Assembly: GCF_006345805.1 (NCBI RefSeq)
Contig: NC_042999.1
Coordinates: forward strand, 9,548,001-9,612,000
Length of the DNA stretch: 64,000 nucleotides
Origin: Octopus sinensis
Lineage: Eukaryota
Reading direction: 5' to 3'
The notes under the pieces: generated by a model
Databases searched by the model: none
The model's input: the letters and a program-made list of their open reading frames with translations, nothing else
Told to the model about the DNA's origin: nothing
Shown: one piece after another, positions 39,594 to 53,296 of the stretch
Layout: each line of letters starts with the position of its first letter
Position numbering within the stretch: position 1 is the stretch's first letter
Translations under genes and position numbers: made by a program

Positions 39594-39823
39594 CATAAAA
39601 ACAAACAATCCCATACACAACACCACCAGACCACATCAAAATATTACACATCTCCAAAAGTCTGCACCACACACTCAAAGGCATTTTCCCCAGTGCGGTT
39701 GGTAAATGCCAAAAATATCTCACAAAGAAACTGTACTGGGATCTTCTCGAGGACAACCAACGGAGGAGAAAGCAAAAACTTTCGAGCAGTAAGTAACCCT
39801 CTGTATTCTAATTCATTAGAACT

Positions 39824-42800
39824 ATGATCAAGATTGGTTGTGTAAATGCGCGTGGCTTGGGGTCCCCTTGGAAACAAGGGTACCTCTTAAATGACATAAA
39901 GTCACATAAGTTAGAAATCATAGCCATAAGCGAGACCAGACTCCACAATCCGCGGGCCCTAAAGACCATGTTTGGCGGACAGTTCAACATTTATTTTTCC
40001 CCCTGTCTGCCCGAGAATGGGCGGTAGTGGTACCGCGGTACTTTTTCACAAGAGTCTGGATCTCAAAGTAAGGACAATATTCGTAGACCCGGAGGGTAGA
40101 CTGGTCGTCCTGGATGTCGACGGCAGCAATGGGTGCGCTTTTCGACTCGTATCAGTTACGCACCGCCCTTAACAGGTCGGGCGTATTTCTTTCAACGTCT
40201 AGAAGTTTTCTTGGGAACGTCTCGTCCTTTACTCTTAGTGGGGGATTGGAATGCTACCTTGGACACGCATGTAGACTACGTGGGTAGAGATAGGAATAGA
40301 CGGGGATGCAAATGCCTCAGAGACCTGCTCAGACGCTTTCAACTGTCTGACAGGTTCCGACTAGACCACCCGAATGCGCCAACGTGGACATGGAGCAACC
40401 GCATCGGGTCGTCGAGATCGTATCTAGATAGGATACTGTGTAGGACAGTAGATAGAGATAGCATAGGATGTCCACAATTCCACATAGTCAGCTACACGGA
40501 TCACAAACTTGTGACATGTACGCTAGACTTAGGTAAGACACTTAGGCAGGGTCCCGGATACTGGAAACTAAACGCGTCTTTCCCATCGAGACAAGTTTTC
40601 AGAGACCGGATTAGCACACTAGTAAAGAAGGCTTTGACGGGAGCCATCATCAACAACAAATGGTGGTTTGCCCTCAAGAGAGCAGTTAAAAGCAGAAGCG
40701 ATTAGGTACAGCAAAGCACTAGCCATAGATAGAAATAGAGTAGAGGGTGAGCTAGTTAAGAAGCTAGAAGAGGCAATTAGAAGCGCATCGCATCCGACGT
40801 TTTGGCGGCGAGGTTGGCCCTCGACCAACACTTCAACGCCAAACACGAAGGATGTGCTGTCAGAGCTAGGATGCGTGCTCTAAGGAACGAAGGTGTTGGA
40901 GCCGCGAGAGAGGCCGGGTGGCAGAGGCGCAACAGGGCAACAAAGCCACCATTCGGTCACTGGTAGATGAACAGGGGCGCGAATTGCTCGAGCCAAGTAA
41001 AATGTGTGAGGCCTTTCAGCAGCATTTTGCCCGACTGTTCGGAACGAGTGGAGGGCAAGAACGTAGGGTGGACTTCAGTGCCTACCTACATAGCCTACCA
41101 CGACTCTCGACAAGAAAGGCAGGGTGCTGCGAAGGTGCCATCACGGCGGCGGAAGTGCGGGAAGCGATGGCAGAATGCTCGAGGGACAAATCACCGGGTT
41201 TGGATGGTCTACCCTACGAGCTTTACAATTGTATGCCAGACTTGTTTGGAGATCTCTTGGCGGCGGTGTACTGCAACTGGCAGCAAAACGGGAGCATTCC
41301 TGGTTTTGTGAGCCGAGGAGCCGTAACACTGCTGAAGAAAGATCTAAACAAGGGAAATGTAATAGATAACTTTAGGCCCATCACTCTGCTTAATGCAGAC
41401 TTGAAAATTGGCCAAGGTGCTAGCCAAGAGGTTGGCGCTTGTCATCGAGAAACTGGTCGACAAGGCGCAAACATGCGCCGTGCCAGCCGGACCATCCATG
41501 ACAACCTCCACCTGATGCGCTACATCATAGACAGGGTAGTTAACGAACCTGGCATGGGTGGGGCGCTGATCAATTGGATCAATCGAAAGCTTTCGATAGG
41601 GTGGACCATCGATACTTGGAGGCGGTCCTCGGAGCGGCTGGCTTCGGTCCCGTCTTCCGCGGCTGGATAGCCGCTTTGTACAGAGGCATCCGTTCGGTAA
41701 TTCGCGTGAATGGACATCTATCAAGACCCTTCGACATCGCACGTTCGGTCCGTCAGGGATGCCCCCTCTCGGCGCTTCTATACGTATTGACTCTCGAGCC
41801 ATTATGCGGAAGCTGGCACACTTGAGAGGCATCCCGCGAGAACTGGGATGCGGGACGAGCGTGTCTGCATACGCGGACGACGTCACCGTCATAGTGTCTA
41901 GCCACGAGCATATCGAGCAGGTCGGCGAGACACTGAAAAACTACGAAGCGGGGTGACAGGAGCGAAAATCAACCGGGAAAAGTCAGTGGGCTTGCGACTA
42001 GGCACCTGGAGATGCAAGCCCATGCCGTCACCAGCGCCTCCGTCGTGGGACGCTGGACGACGGCCCGGCCGGTTGAGTTGCTCGGGGTCTGGTTTGGTCC
42101 GGACCTCCAAGTGGAGAAGAACTGGAACGAGATAACGAGTAGGGTGGTCACTCTCGCCGGCAAGGCAATGGGCCGAGAGGGAAACTGTCCCTAAAAGGTC
42201 GGGCGGAGGTGGCGAACACGTACATCGCGTCCGTCATCTACTACGCCTGACCGTCGTACCTTGTCCCGACCCTACCATCACCAAACTACAACGCATTCTC
42301 TTTCGCTTCTTGTGGAAAGGATGCGTCCCGATGGTCAGGCGATCCATTTGCTGTCAACACCCGTTAAAAGGTGGGCTGGGCATTGCCGTGGTTGATGATG
42401 CGCAGACACGCGCTGAGACTGCGACATCTCTGGCTCTATGTAGACGACGGTGAACAGGCGTGGTCGCCGTTTGTGAGGCACGCTTTCCCGCAGCTCGTCT
42501 CCATGACCGAACTGCAGTCGTGGATCAAAAAGAGGGCCGAGAGAAGAAGGGCGAATGGCATCGCGAGTGTCGCGTTGCTCTCAAGCAACTCTGCCGTCCT
42601 GGGTCGACCTTGAGTGACTTCAACACAACCAAAGCATTTATAGGGGTTTAGTGGAGGGGAGGTACGACGACGAGCTCGGGGCGAACCTGGACGTCGACGA
42701 GGAGTACCTGACCCGCCTGTTCAGGACGACTTCGGGCCAGGGCCCATGGACAACTTCCAGAGATCCCTGGCCTGGCAGTGCTACCGAGAAGCGCTACCCG

Positions 42801-43268
42801 TTCGGGATAAGCTCTACAGACACGGCTCGAGAACACGGGGCCGACCTGCCCGAGATGCGGTCAGAGCGACGACGAAACCGTTCTGCACGCACTCGTGCAG
42901 TGTCCAACACTTTCCGACCTGTGGGCTTATGTCGAACAACTGCTGTCACGTGTGGAACGAGTCGGTTTATCAGCTGAGTCTATCGTTATATTGTCACGCC
43001 TCCCTCCTTCAAACGGGAAGGAAGAGCTATTTTCATCATCCTTGTGGCTATGGCGAAAGAATGTATCTGGTGGACGCGTCTGAAAGGATTGGAGACAAAC
43101 ACTTTCCTCTCTGGTCAATCTTCATCAACTTCTTCAAGTACCACTTGAAAAGGAAAGTGAGAGTAGAGAGGCAAGTTTTGTCTAGCGAATGTTTTAAAAA
43201 AAGATGGTGTGAATGTAGCAAGAATGGCACGTATGAATGACGAAGCCACCTTGAGCATAGTCCTATGA
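39824..43268 (+). pseudogene. Tx1 ORF2: APE endonuclease, RT and C-terminal zinc motif; multiple frameshifts
   Basis: IGCVNARG, ISETRL, GDWNA, YLDRI, TDHKLV; KSPGLDGLPYE, FRPITLLNADLKI, DQSKAFDRVDH, RQGCPLS, YADD 41870-41881; CPRCG..ETVLHALVQCP. Confidence 0.9.
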
Positions 43269-43660
43269 ACCCAGAAATCGAAAACAGAGAGTTGCTTATT
43301 TGCAAAAAAAAAAAAAAAAAAAAGAAATATAACATGTGACTCCATTGACCGAGGTTACCGTGGTCTTTTCGTAGGCTTTTCTTTCCACGGGTAAACTCAC
43401 CTGTCCTCCCCTTTACACTTATATTGACATTTCTGTGATAACGATCCCTATTGATCAATTTTTTTTTTTTTTTTCTCTTTTTTTTCTTCCTCTCCCTTTT
43501 TTTTTTTAAACCCCTTTTTTGTCCTTTTCTCTCCTTTTACGATCCCTTTTGATCGAAACTCCCCCTTCCTTTTTTTTTTTTTTTTTTTTTACCTTCAAAA
43601 GAAAAGCTCTACCTTGTAATTTGTTCTATCTGTGTGCAGCCTGTGTGGCTAATAAAGAAA

Positions 43661-43725
<65 letters not shown>

Positions 43726-43980
43726 CTCAAGCTATCTATATATCTATCAATCTATCTATCTGTCAATCTATCTATCAATCTATCTATCTGTCAATCTATC
43801 TATCAATCTATCTATCTGTCAATCTATTTATCTATCTCTATCTATCTGTCTCCCTGCCTGTCTCTCTCTATATATGTCTTTCTATATCTATATCAATCTG
43901 CTTCGTTTATCTCTCTCTCTTTCTCTCTCTCCCCCCTCTCTCTCTCTATCAGTCTCTCTGTCTATCTATCTATATATTTA
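43661..43980. repeat. (TATC)n/(TC)n microsatellite, 3' flank of the Tx1 element
   Basis: Direct reading. Confidence 0.93.
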
Positions 43981-44423
43981 TTCCCTTCTCTGTTTAGGTA
44001 TGTACGTGTGTCTATCTTCGTGCACAGACATATACAGGATGTCCCGTAAGTTAAGCCAGTATTTAATTACATTTAAGTTCAAAAACATGAAAGATGTATG
44101 GGACAAATTTATTGAGATAAACTGATGCGTTCTTGCCAAGTTAATGTGCGCATGCGCATTACGCACGTATTATTGTATGCCTGTATATATATATATATAT
44201 ATATATATTAATATATATATAATATATATACACAAAGAGGGAGAGAGAGAGAGGTGGAGAGCAACAGAGACGACAGACAGACAAACAACAGAAGATAGAT
44301 AGCACATAGATGTACATATATATGAATGCACGCACATGTATACATAGTCATACAATATATATAAATATATTCCATCTTCTGTCATGTATATCTATTTAGA
44401 GACATATACACACACAAACCACA

Positions 44424-44505
<82 letters not shown>

Positions 44506-44534
44506 ATATATTATATATATATATATAGATATAT

Positions 44535-44712
44535 AGGCGCAGGAGTGGCTGTGTGGTAAGTAGCTTACTTACCAACCACATGATTCTAGGTTCAGTCCCA
44601 TTGCGTGGCACCTTGGGCAAATGTTTTCTACTATAGCTTCGGGCCGACTAAAGCCTTGTGAGTGGATTTGTTATATGTATATGTATATGTGTGTGTGTGT
44701 GTGTATGTGTGT

Positions 44713-44748
<36 letters not shown>

Positions 44749-44960
44749 CGTGTGTGTGTTTGTGTATTTGAGTTTGTCCCCCACCACCACCATCAGCGCT
44801 TGACAACTGATATTGTTATGTCTAGCGATTTGGAAAAAAGAGACCGATAGAATAAGTACTAGGCTTACAAGGAATAAATCCTGGGGTCGATTTGTTCGAC
44901 TAAAAGGCAGTGCTCCAGCATGACCGCAGTCGACTGAAACAAATAAAAGATTAAAAGAAA
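44535..44960 (+). mobile_element. SINE family A
   Basis: Full head and tail; preceded by (TA)n. Confidence 0.88.
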
Positions 44961-45029
44961 GATTATATATAATATCTCTCTCTCTCTCTCTCGCTCGCTC
45001 TCTTGCTCTCGTGCATACATGTGTGTGTG

Positions 45030-45097
<68 letters not shown>

Positions 45098-46442
45098 CAG
45101 ATAGATAGATGGCTGGATGGATGGATATGTGTGTGTGTGTTTGTGCGTATATATTTATATACGAGGCTATATATGAGGGCCATTAATTTGCCCTTGTCGC
45201 TCTATACAGCCATTTTACATACGTTGCTAATGATTGTAAACATCCGTTGCTGCAATTTACTCCGACCTATATACACTCCCTGCGGCTTTATACAAGAGCA
45301 AAAATAACAGACTTCCTGTTTTACTTTTTCTTTGTGGTCTCTTTTATTCATTTTTTTTCCCCAAAGACTATGTTGTCTTAAAGATATCATACCAATTCCA
45401 AGCCTCCTGCAAATGTTGAAATCTAGTTTATTACCTTCGTTTTTATTTTCTCGGGAACCAAAACTGGAAGCGTATTAGCAACATAAACAACCTGCTGGTT
45501 ACTAATTAGCTAAGACTGGATTCCTGTTTGCCATCATTAACCTTTATTTGAATTATATATAATCTATTGACGCATTCAATTATATTGCAAAACACAAAAT
45601 CGTAAATCTTCAAATCCAGTAAATCGCTAAAGTTTAGCCATCAACGTGGTACTTCGATTGATTATTTTGGTTTCCTTCTAACGACTGCCCTTGCTTTCAT
45701 GTATTGCTTCTAGCTGACAGAAAACTCATTACCTACCACCGACGTTCCTGCCCCGTGCCCCTCACCTTTATTATAATCGTCTCGCTGTTGTAAACTACAA
45801 CAAACATACTTATTTGCTGTTGTATATTGAATCTAAACACTGAAATATTCTTGTTTCGACTCTAAACTCTGATTTCTGGTCTGAAAATATTGCAAACTTG
45901 GCTGTGTGGTTAAAAAGTTCGTTTTCCGGTTACGAGGTTTCCGATATCAACCTTTTCGTTTTTCCTCGTTATTTCTCATGTACTTGCCATCTATGTTTCA
46001 GATATAATAAGTCCATGTACTCAGAACTTGAATATTGCTTGGGGACAAAAGCCAGTCACAAAAATTGCCTAAACACGTGTTTCCAACACAAAGAAACTAT
46101 TAGGATCTCATATCTTTATACTGCGTACGGTAAATGATATATATATATATATATATATAATATATCTATATATATAATATATTATATATATATATAATAT
46201 ATTATATCTAATGTAGGATAAAATTTTTTTCGAAAAAAATTCTTTTCCCAAAAAATTTTATCAATGGCCAGCATATTAAAAAAATACATTTAAAGGTTAA
46301 ATTTATAATAAATACCTTTAAAAAATACCTATAAAGGTTAAATTTATAATAAATTTCATTTGCCCTTATTTAGGAATTGTTTATATATATAGATATATAT
46401 ATATATATAATATATATATATATTATATATATATATATATAT

Positions 46443-46494
<52 letters not shown>

Positions 46495-46514
46495 TATATA
46501 TATATATATATATA

Positions 46515-46687
46515 TAGGCGCAGGAGTGGCTGTGTGGTAAGTAGCTTGCTTACCAACCACATGGTTCCGGGTTCAGTCCCACTGCGTGGCATCTTGGGCA
46601 ACTGTCTTCTGCTATAGCCCCGGGCCGACCAATGCCTTGTGAGTGGATTTGGTAGACGGAAACTGAAAGAAGCCTGTCGTATATATG

Positions 46688-46718
<31 letters not shown>

Positions 46719-46935
46719 TTGTGTGTCTGTGTTTGTCCCCCTAGCATTGCTTGACAACCGATGCTGGTGTGTTTACGTCCTCATCACTTAGCGGTTCGGC
46801 AAAAGAGACCGATAGAATAGGTACTGGGCTTACAAAGAATAAGTCCCGGGGTCGATTTGCTCGATTAAAGGCGGTGCTCCAGCATGGCCGCAGTCAAATT
46901 ACTGAAACAAGTAAAAGAGTAAAAAGAGTAAAGAG
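46515..46935 (+). mobile_element. SINE family A
   Basis: Full head and tail; (TA)n on both sides. Confidence 0.9.
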
Positions 46936-47446
46936 AGTATATATATATATATATAGGTCCCGGGTTGAGTCGGGGTTAACCACAGTAAATAAGGTACTCA
47001 ATACATAGCAGAGTAAATTAATTTATTTATAGAAGGAGCTTCTTCTATGAAATAAATTATATATATATATATATATAAGTTTGTTAACGAGAAACGTGTT
47101 TCCTCTAACCATTATTTCCTCTAAGCGAGACGCCAGTCTGTCGCTGGGTTCCTCATTTACAGTTAACTGGAGCAACATGACGTGAAATGCTTTGCTTAAG
47201 AACACAACGCACGACCCTGTCCGAGAATCGAAACTTCGTCTTGCGATCATGACTGCAAAACCCTAACCACTATGCATGCATGTTCATTACAGTATAAAAT
47301 GCACAAGGGAGAATAGCACTTCATAATAAAGCATATTGTATACGTTTTAGAAGACAATTCATCCGAAGCCCGGATTCCTGGGAATTTTTATTTGAGCGAA
47401 TCCAAAAGAACTTCAATGGATTCCTTAACGACTGACTGAAATAAAG

Positions 47447-47875
47447 GTAGGAGTGGCTGTGTGGTAAGTAGCTTGCTTACCAACCGCTTGGTTCCGAGTT
47501 CAGTCCCACTGCGTGGCACCTTGGGCAAGTGTCTTCTACTATAGCCTCGGGCCGACCAAAGCTTTGTGAGTGGATTTGGTAGACGGAAACTGAAAGAAGC
47601 CCGTCGTATATATGTATATATATATATATATGTATGTGTGCATTTATGTTTGTGTGTCTGTCTTTGCCCCCCCCCCCAACATCGCTTGACAACTGATGCT
47701 GGTGTGTTTACGTCCCCGTAACTTAGCGGTTCAGCAAAAATGACCGATAGAATAAGTACTAGGCTTACAAAGAATAAGTCCTAGGGTCGATTTGCTCGAC
47801 TAAGGGCGGTGCTCCAGCATGGCCACAGTCACGTGAGTGAAACAAGTAAAAGAGTAAAAGAGAGAGTAAAGAGTA
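47447..47875 (+). mobile_element. SINE family A
   Basis: Full head and tail. Confidence 0.9.
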
Positions 47876-47889
47876 TTTAGATCATACTA

Positions 47890-48300
47890 TTGGTTTCAGA
47901 TTTTGGCACAAGGCCAGCAATTTGGAGGATGGCGGTTAAGTCGATTGCATCGACCCCCGTGTTCAACTGTTCTTATTTTGACAACCCTGCGGAATTTGAG
48001 CTCAGAACATTAAGACGGACGAAATGCCGCTAAGCATTTTGTCCGGCATGGCAACACTTCTGCCAGTTTACCGTCTTCTGTGGACCTCAATATTAACTGA
48101 AATTAAGGCGGTCAACTGGCAGAAGCGTTGGGTACACCGGACAAAATGGTTAGCGACATTTCGTCTGTCTTAATGTTCTAAGTTCAAATTACGCCGGGGT
48201 CGACGTTGCTTTTCATTCTTTCGGGGTCCAGTTAAGCACTGGAGTCGATGTAATCGACTTATCTACCTCTCCCAAAATTGGTGGCCTTGTACCAAAGTTT
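47890..48300. mobile_element. Two diverged SINE family C copies in divergent orientation
   Basis: gaatttgagctcagaac (minus) and gttctaagttcaaatt (plus). Confidence 0.6.
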
Positions 48301-49049
48301 GACACGAATATTAATTGATATTAACTTAAAATATTTTTTTCAAACCAATTCATTTATAAATATACCTTTTATGTACTGCCACTGTTCTTTCTAAAGGCAT
48401 ATTTTTTTTTTCCACAAGACACAAAACAATGCTTCAAAAAGCAAAATAATTCACTAAACGTTTAATTTCTTGAGTGGAATGGTGAAGTCGATTAAGAGGA
48501 TATATTTTTAAAAACATCTTTTCGTTGAGTGATTTCATTTTGAATATTATAAATTCAATTACGTCTAACAATATTCGGACTTTCTGTTTAAAGTTAGAAT
48601 GCTTCAGATATCCAACAAAATCACATTTTCTGGTGTTGTAATGTCGCAGCAATCATAACCCAAACAATAATATAATTAATTTAGAAATGTATAGATTTTT
48701 ATTAAGAAATAATCTGGAAAATTTATTGGACAAGGTTTATTGACAGTTCATAGTTTTCACTTGAATTCGCTTTAATATTTTGCATTTATCCCAGCAGCCC
48801 CTCCCCCAGCTTCTCTTGTAAATACTAAACATAAATAAAAACGGAAATACAGTCAGAACCAATAGAACATGGTCGTAAATATCTTGGACTTTTCAATGTT
48901 GTTCTTTTACGTACGGCATTCATATCCCGTGCGGTCAACTTTTTCTTTCCATATATGCAAATCTTGATAATTACAACAAATGTGCTGGGATCGATTCATC
49001 GATTATCTCCTCACCGATGAATAATTAGCTAAATTGGTTTTCACACACA

Positions 49050-49472
49050 AATATGCAATATACATACATACACACAGACACACACATATACCATACATAT
49101 ATATACATACACACACACACATATATATATATATATACATACGAACATATATACATACATACATATACATGTATGTATATATATAGATATACATGTATTT
49201 ATATACATAGATATACATGTATGTATATACATACATATACATACATATACATGTATATACATTATATATATACATATATATATATATATATTTACATATA
49301 TGTGTACATATATATACATATATACATGTATGTATGTATGTGTGTATGTATATGTGTGTGTATGTATGTATGTGTGTGTATGTATGTGTGTACGTATGTA
49401 TGTGTGTGTGTATGTATGTATGTATGTATTATGTATGTATGTATGTATGTATGTATGTATGTATGTATGTAT
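49050..49472. repeat. (TA)n/(TATG)n/(CA)n low-complexity tract
   Basis: Direct reading. Confidence 0.92.
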
Positions 49473-50559
49473 ATGACGAGTGTTGTAATCGTGTTAGCTG
49501 CAGATACAACGTTGAAGAACAGGTCTTTGGGGATATATTTTGAAGTAAATTTCTTTTAAGCATCAATATGTTAAAATAGCATTTCAGTAACAGAGGAGAG
49601 AGACGAAAGGGATCAATAATCGATCTGGTGCCAGCAAAATTAAGTTCAAGAAAGTTCAAGAAATTGAAAACTTTTGTAAGCGAAGACGAGAAAAAATATT
49701 AACATTTTTGAGAAGAAATATTTGATGAAACACTAGAATTAGTCTCAAGGCAAATTTCCCCTGAAGCACACAAATTTATTCCTCCATTCTTTGATCTAAC
49801 GATTAGCATTTAGTCGAGATGGCTGCACTATTACAGCATTTACAAACTCACGCCTCGTTCAGATGTTGAAGTGCACTAATGACTATGATTTCCTTGTACA
49901 CATTTTAATAGAAAATATATGAATATATACATAAAAAATGCCAAAATTGCGCTTGTGAGGTCAACATGTTTATATCTCAAGGCTAGAATATTTCCTCCCA
50001 GGGATAATACAATCTCCAATCGAAATGTCTCCTGGTGTCTGCGAACGTACAGAAGAATTCTTTAGCAGAATTAATGACCGCAATTACTGCCATGAACTTA
50101 CATGTCTATATGTTGTACTTTAGCTTAGCATCAATGCCATATCTCTATTGTAATCTGTCGATACTGATTTTGCTGTAGGGAAATGCACGGAGATTATCGG
50201 ATGTTCAGTTCTGTAATGTCGATATAAACGGAATGGGTTCTTCTCTGAAGGTTTATTAGTGATGATGGCTATTTAGATAACAGGAATTATATAAAGTCTG
50301 CCCCAATAAAACTTAACTAGGAAGATCACTTGCCTTCATCCCATCAATAAAACGAATAATCATTGAACGTTTAAATAGCTGGATTAAACCAATCCAAAGC
50401 CCCTAAGAATCCCAATCACCTCGGTGATATGATCGATCATGTTGTTGCTATCTGCATAAAAATAACGCAGAAAAGTCATATATTTAGATTTCGCAACAAA
50501 CTTTGATGAAAAAGATAGCAATCCTGAATATCAATGGTGCTACAAATATATTTTTCATT

Positions 50560-50783
50560 ATTGCCCACAAGAGGCTAAACATAGAGGGGACAAACAAGGA
50601 CAGACAAATGGATTAAGTCGATTACATCGACGCCAGTGCGAAACTGGTACTTTATTTATTGACCCCGAAAGGATGAAAGGCAAAGTCGACCTCGGCGGAA
50701 TTTGAACACAGAACGTAACGACAGACGAAATAGCGCTAAGCATTTCGCCAGATGCGCTAACGTTTCTGCCAGCTCACCACCTT
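50560..50783 (-). mobile_element. SINE family C monomer
   Basis: Complete head and tail in reverse complement. Confidence 0.85.
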
Positions 50784-51117
50784 TGGTGCTACAAATATAG
50801 CCATGCTTTTTATGATATGGTGAAATAGAAAGTTCGGAGACTATAATTCGATGGGTCAGGTAACATGGTCCTTCTGTTGACACTACTGCACACTTTTGGG
50901 AAATCTTCAAATATTATTGACGATTGAATATCGAACTCTTTTTTTGATTCTTCTAACGACAACAATCTGCAGAATTGGTTGGTCTGCCTTTGTAGAAATT
51001 GTTTTGGTTCCATCATTCGATAGGATCAACATGAGGGGAAATTCTTGTAGGGAACATAATGTAAGAATAATTGAGAATAGAGATAAGAGCAATTTCTCTG
51101 AAGTCCTGGGGCACGTG

Positions 51118-51262
51118 AAGATTACCTTCTTTGGGAATGGAATAACAGAAAACTTCGAGATGGCTTCTGGATCGTTCTTTAATGTTTTGTTACCGAAGTC
51201 TAACAGATGTTTCTGGAAAAGTGGAATCTTCAATAACATTATTGGGTTGTTATCTGTAGGTT

Positions 51263-51334
<72 letters not shown>

Positions 51335-51761
51335 TCCCTCTCTCCTCTCTCTTCCTCTCTCTCCTCTCTCTTCCTCTCTCTCTCTCTCTTCCTCCCTCTC
51401 TCCTCTCTCTTCCTCTCTCTCCTCTCTCTTCCTCTCTCTCTCTCTCTTCCTCTCTCTCTCCTCTCTCTCTCCCTCTCTCTCTCTCCCTCTCTCTATCCCT
51501 CTCTCTCTCTTTCTCTCACATTTTGAAGTTCTTTTATGGTAAATAAGTTGGTTCTAACCCCTACCAGTAGAGATAACCTCGGAATTACTTCCAGAGAGAA
51601 AGAAAATACAAAGAGAAAGAAGACTCTTTCTTTCCACTTTTCCAGAAAAGATTCCACTTTTCCAGAAACATCTGTTAGATTTCGGTAACGAAGCATTAAA
51701 AAAATGATCCAGAAGCTATCTCGAAGTTTTCTCTTATTCCATTTCCAAAGAAGGTAATCTT
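51118..51761. repeat. Inverted duplication (about 113-bp arms) of an RT-like relic around a (CT)n tract
   Basis: 51118-51230 versus reverse complement of 51648-51761; (CT)n 51265-51515. Confidence 0.75.
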
Positions 51762-51957
51762 TCAGTGACAAACTAACAAGGACCAGAGAGTATTTGAAAA
51801 AGTCAGTTCACAAATATTAATGCAGGACGATTAAGAATACTGAAGGAAACTTGTTTCAGCTAACGTCACACGTGGTGAAACGTTGCAGGGGACAGTGAAG
51901 AATATATCAAGTCCAAGACCCCAAAAATTAGCCAACCCACCGTAATGAATACCAGAA

Positions 51958-52197
51958 TACCTATTTTGTTTTACTACCCACAAGGAGCTAAACACAGAGA
52001 GGACAAACAAGGACAGACAAACAGATTAAGTCGATTATATCGACCCCAGTGCGTAACTGGTACTTAATTTATCGACTCCGAAAGGATGAAAGGCAAAGTT
52101 GACCTCGGCGGAATTTGAACTCAGAACGTAACGGCAGACGAAATACGGCTACGCATTTCGCCCGGCGTGCTAACGTTTCTGCCAGCTCGCCGCCTTA
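51958..52197 (-). mobile_element. SINE family C monomer
   Basis: Complete; taccagaatacc-like sequence on both sides. Confidence 0.88.
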
Positions 52198-52542
52198 ATA
52201 CCAGAATACCGCTGTCTGAGCATATGTGTGTATGTATGTGTGTACGCATGTATTTATGTGTGTATGTGTCGTGCATGTGTGTTTAAATTTGCAGAGTGTT
52301 TCCTTAGCTTAGATTACAGGGGTTAATTTTTAATGTCAGTCCACTTCACTGGAATTCTCTCTTGGGGAAATCTACTTAAACTATTCTGCATCTCATAACG
52401 TTGCAGGACTCTCTCTAATAAGGATACATACAGGCTCACACTTTCACATACTACCACCATATATAAACATATACATACATATATATATATATAATATATA
52501 TTAATATATATATATATATTATATATATATATATATATATAA

Positions 52543-52587
<45 letters not shown>

Positions 52588-52589
52588 AT

Positions 52590-52860
52590 AATAAATTTAG
52601 GGAATGAATCCAAAATTACAGGGAAAAATCAGATTCGAATTATTTATATATATATATTATATAAATTAGAGAACAACCACTATTATGTAATTCAAACAAC
52701 GATAGGCGTATATAAAATATATGATAAAACATTTATCTACATCACAAAAAGTACATAATGATAAATAAACAGTATATAATTACAACCTTTTCAATGACAC
52801 ACGAATTCACTTCAAGAATCTTGCAAATCAAATACAAAAACGAAATATACATATATCTAT
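52590..52860. mobile_element. Family-2 (Penelope-like) terminal fragment
   Basis: tagggaatgaatccaaaattacagggaaaaatcagatt matches 59821-59858. Confidence 0.6.
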
Positions 52861-52878
52861 GAGTCTGTGAGTGTGTGA

Positions 52879-52936
<58 letters not shown>

Positions 52937-52941
<5 letters not shown>

Positions 52942-53256
52942 ATCGCGTTTCGATTCCCAGACCGGGTGTTGTGAGTGTTTATTGAGCGAAAACACCTAAA
53001 AGCTCCACGAGGCTCCGGCAGAGGATGGTGGTGATCCCTGCTGTACTCTTTCACCACAACTTTCTTTCACTCTTACTTCCTGTTTCTCTTGTACCTGTAT
53101 TTCAAAGGGCCGGCCTTGTCATTCTCTGTGTCACGCTGAATATCCCCGAGAACTACGTTAAGGTTGCACGTGTCTGTGGAGTGCTCAGCCACTTACACGT
53201 TAATTTCACGAGCAGGATCAACCAGAACCCTCGTCGTCGTAACCGATGGAGTGCCT

Positions 53257-53258
<2 letters not shown>
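52937..53258 (+). mobile_element. SINE family B (5' part replaced by (TA)n)
   Basis: ggatcgcgtttcgattcccagaccggg ... gtaaccgatggagtgcc. Confidence 0.85.

Positions 53259-53296
<38 letters not shown>

Larger units (their letters stand above)
37593..43660 (+). mobile_element. Near-full-length Tx1/L1-clade non-LTR retrotransposon
   Basis: About 215-nt 5' UTR, ORF1, about 230-nt spacer, ORF2, 3' UTR with A/T tracts ending gctaataaagaaa; (TATC)n on both flanks. Confidence 0.92.

Noticed and set aside
44032-44170. tacaggatgtccc, a possible mariner TIR
   Set aside because: No matching second TIR found
46515-46585. tRNA-like sequences with A and B boxes
   Set aside because: They are SINE heads continuing into shared bodies and tails; no complete cloverleaf
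48434-48652. 72-aa minus-strand ORF as a possible host exon
   Set aside because: No recognisable domain or supported splice context; length within chance for AT-rich DNA
50280-50510. VIYLDFATNFD-like motif, a possible CR1/L2 relic
   Set aside because: Too decayed to bound or classify with confidence
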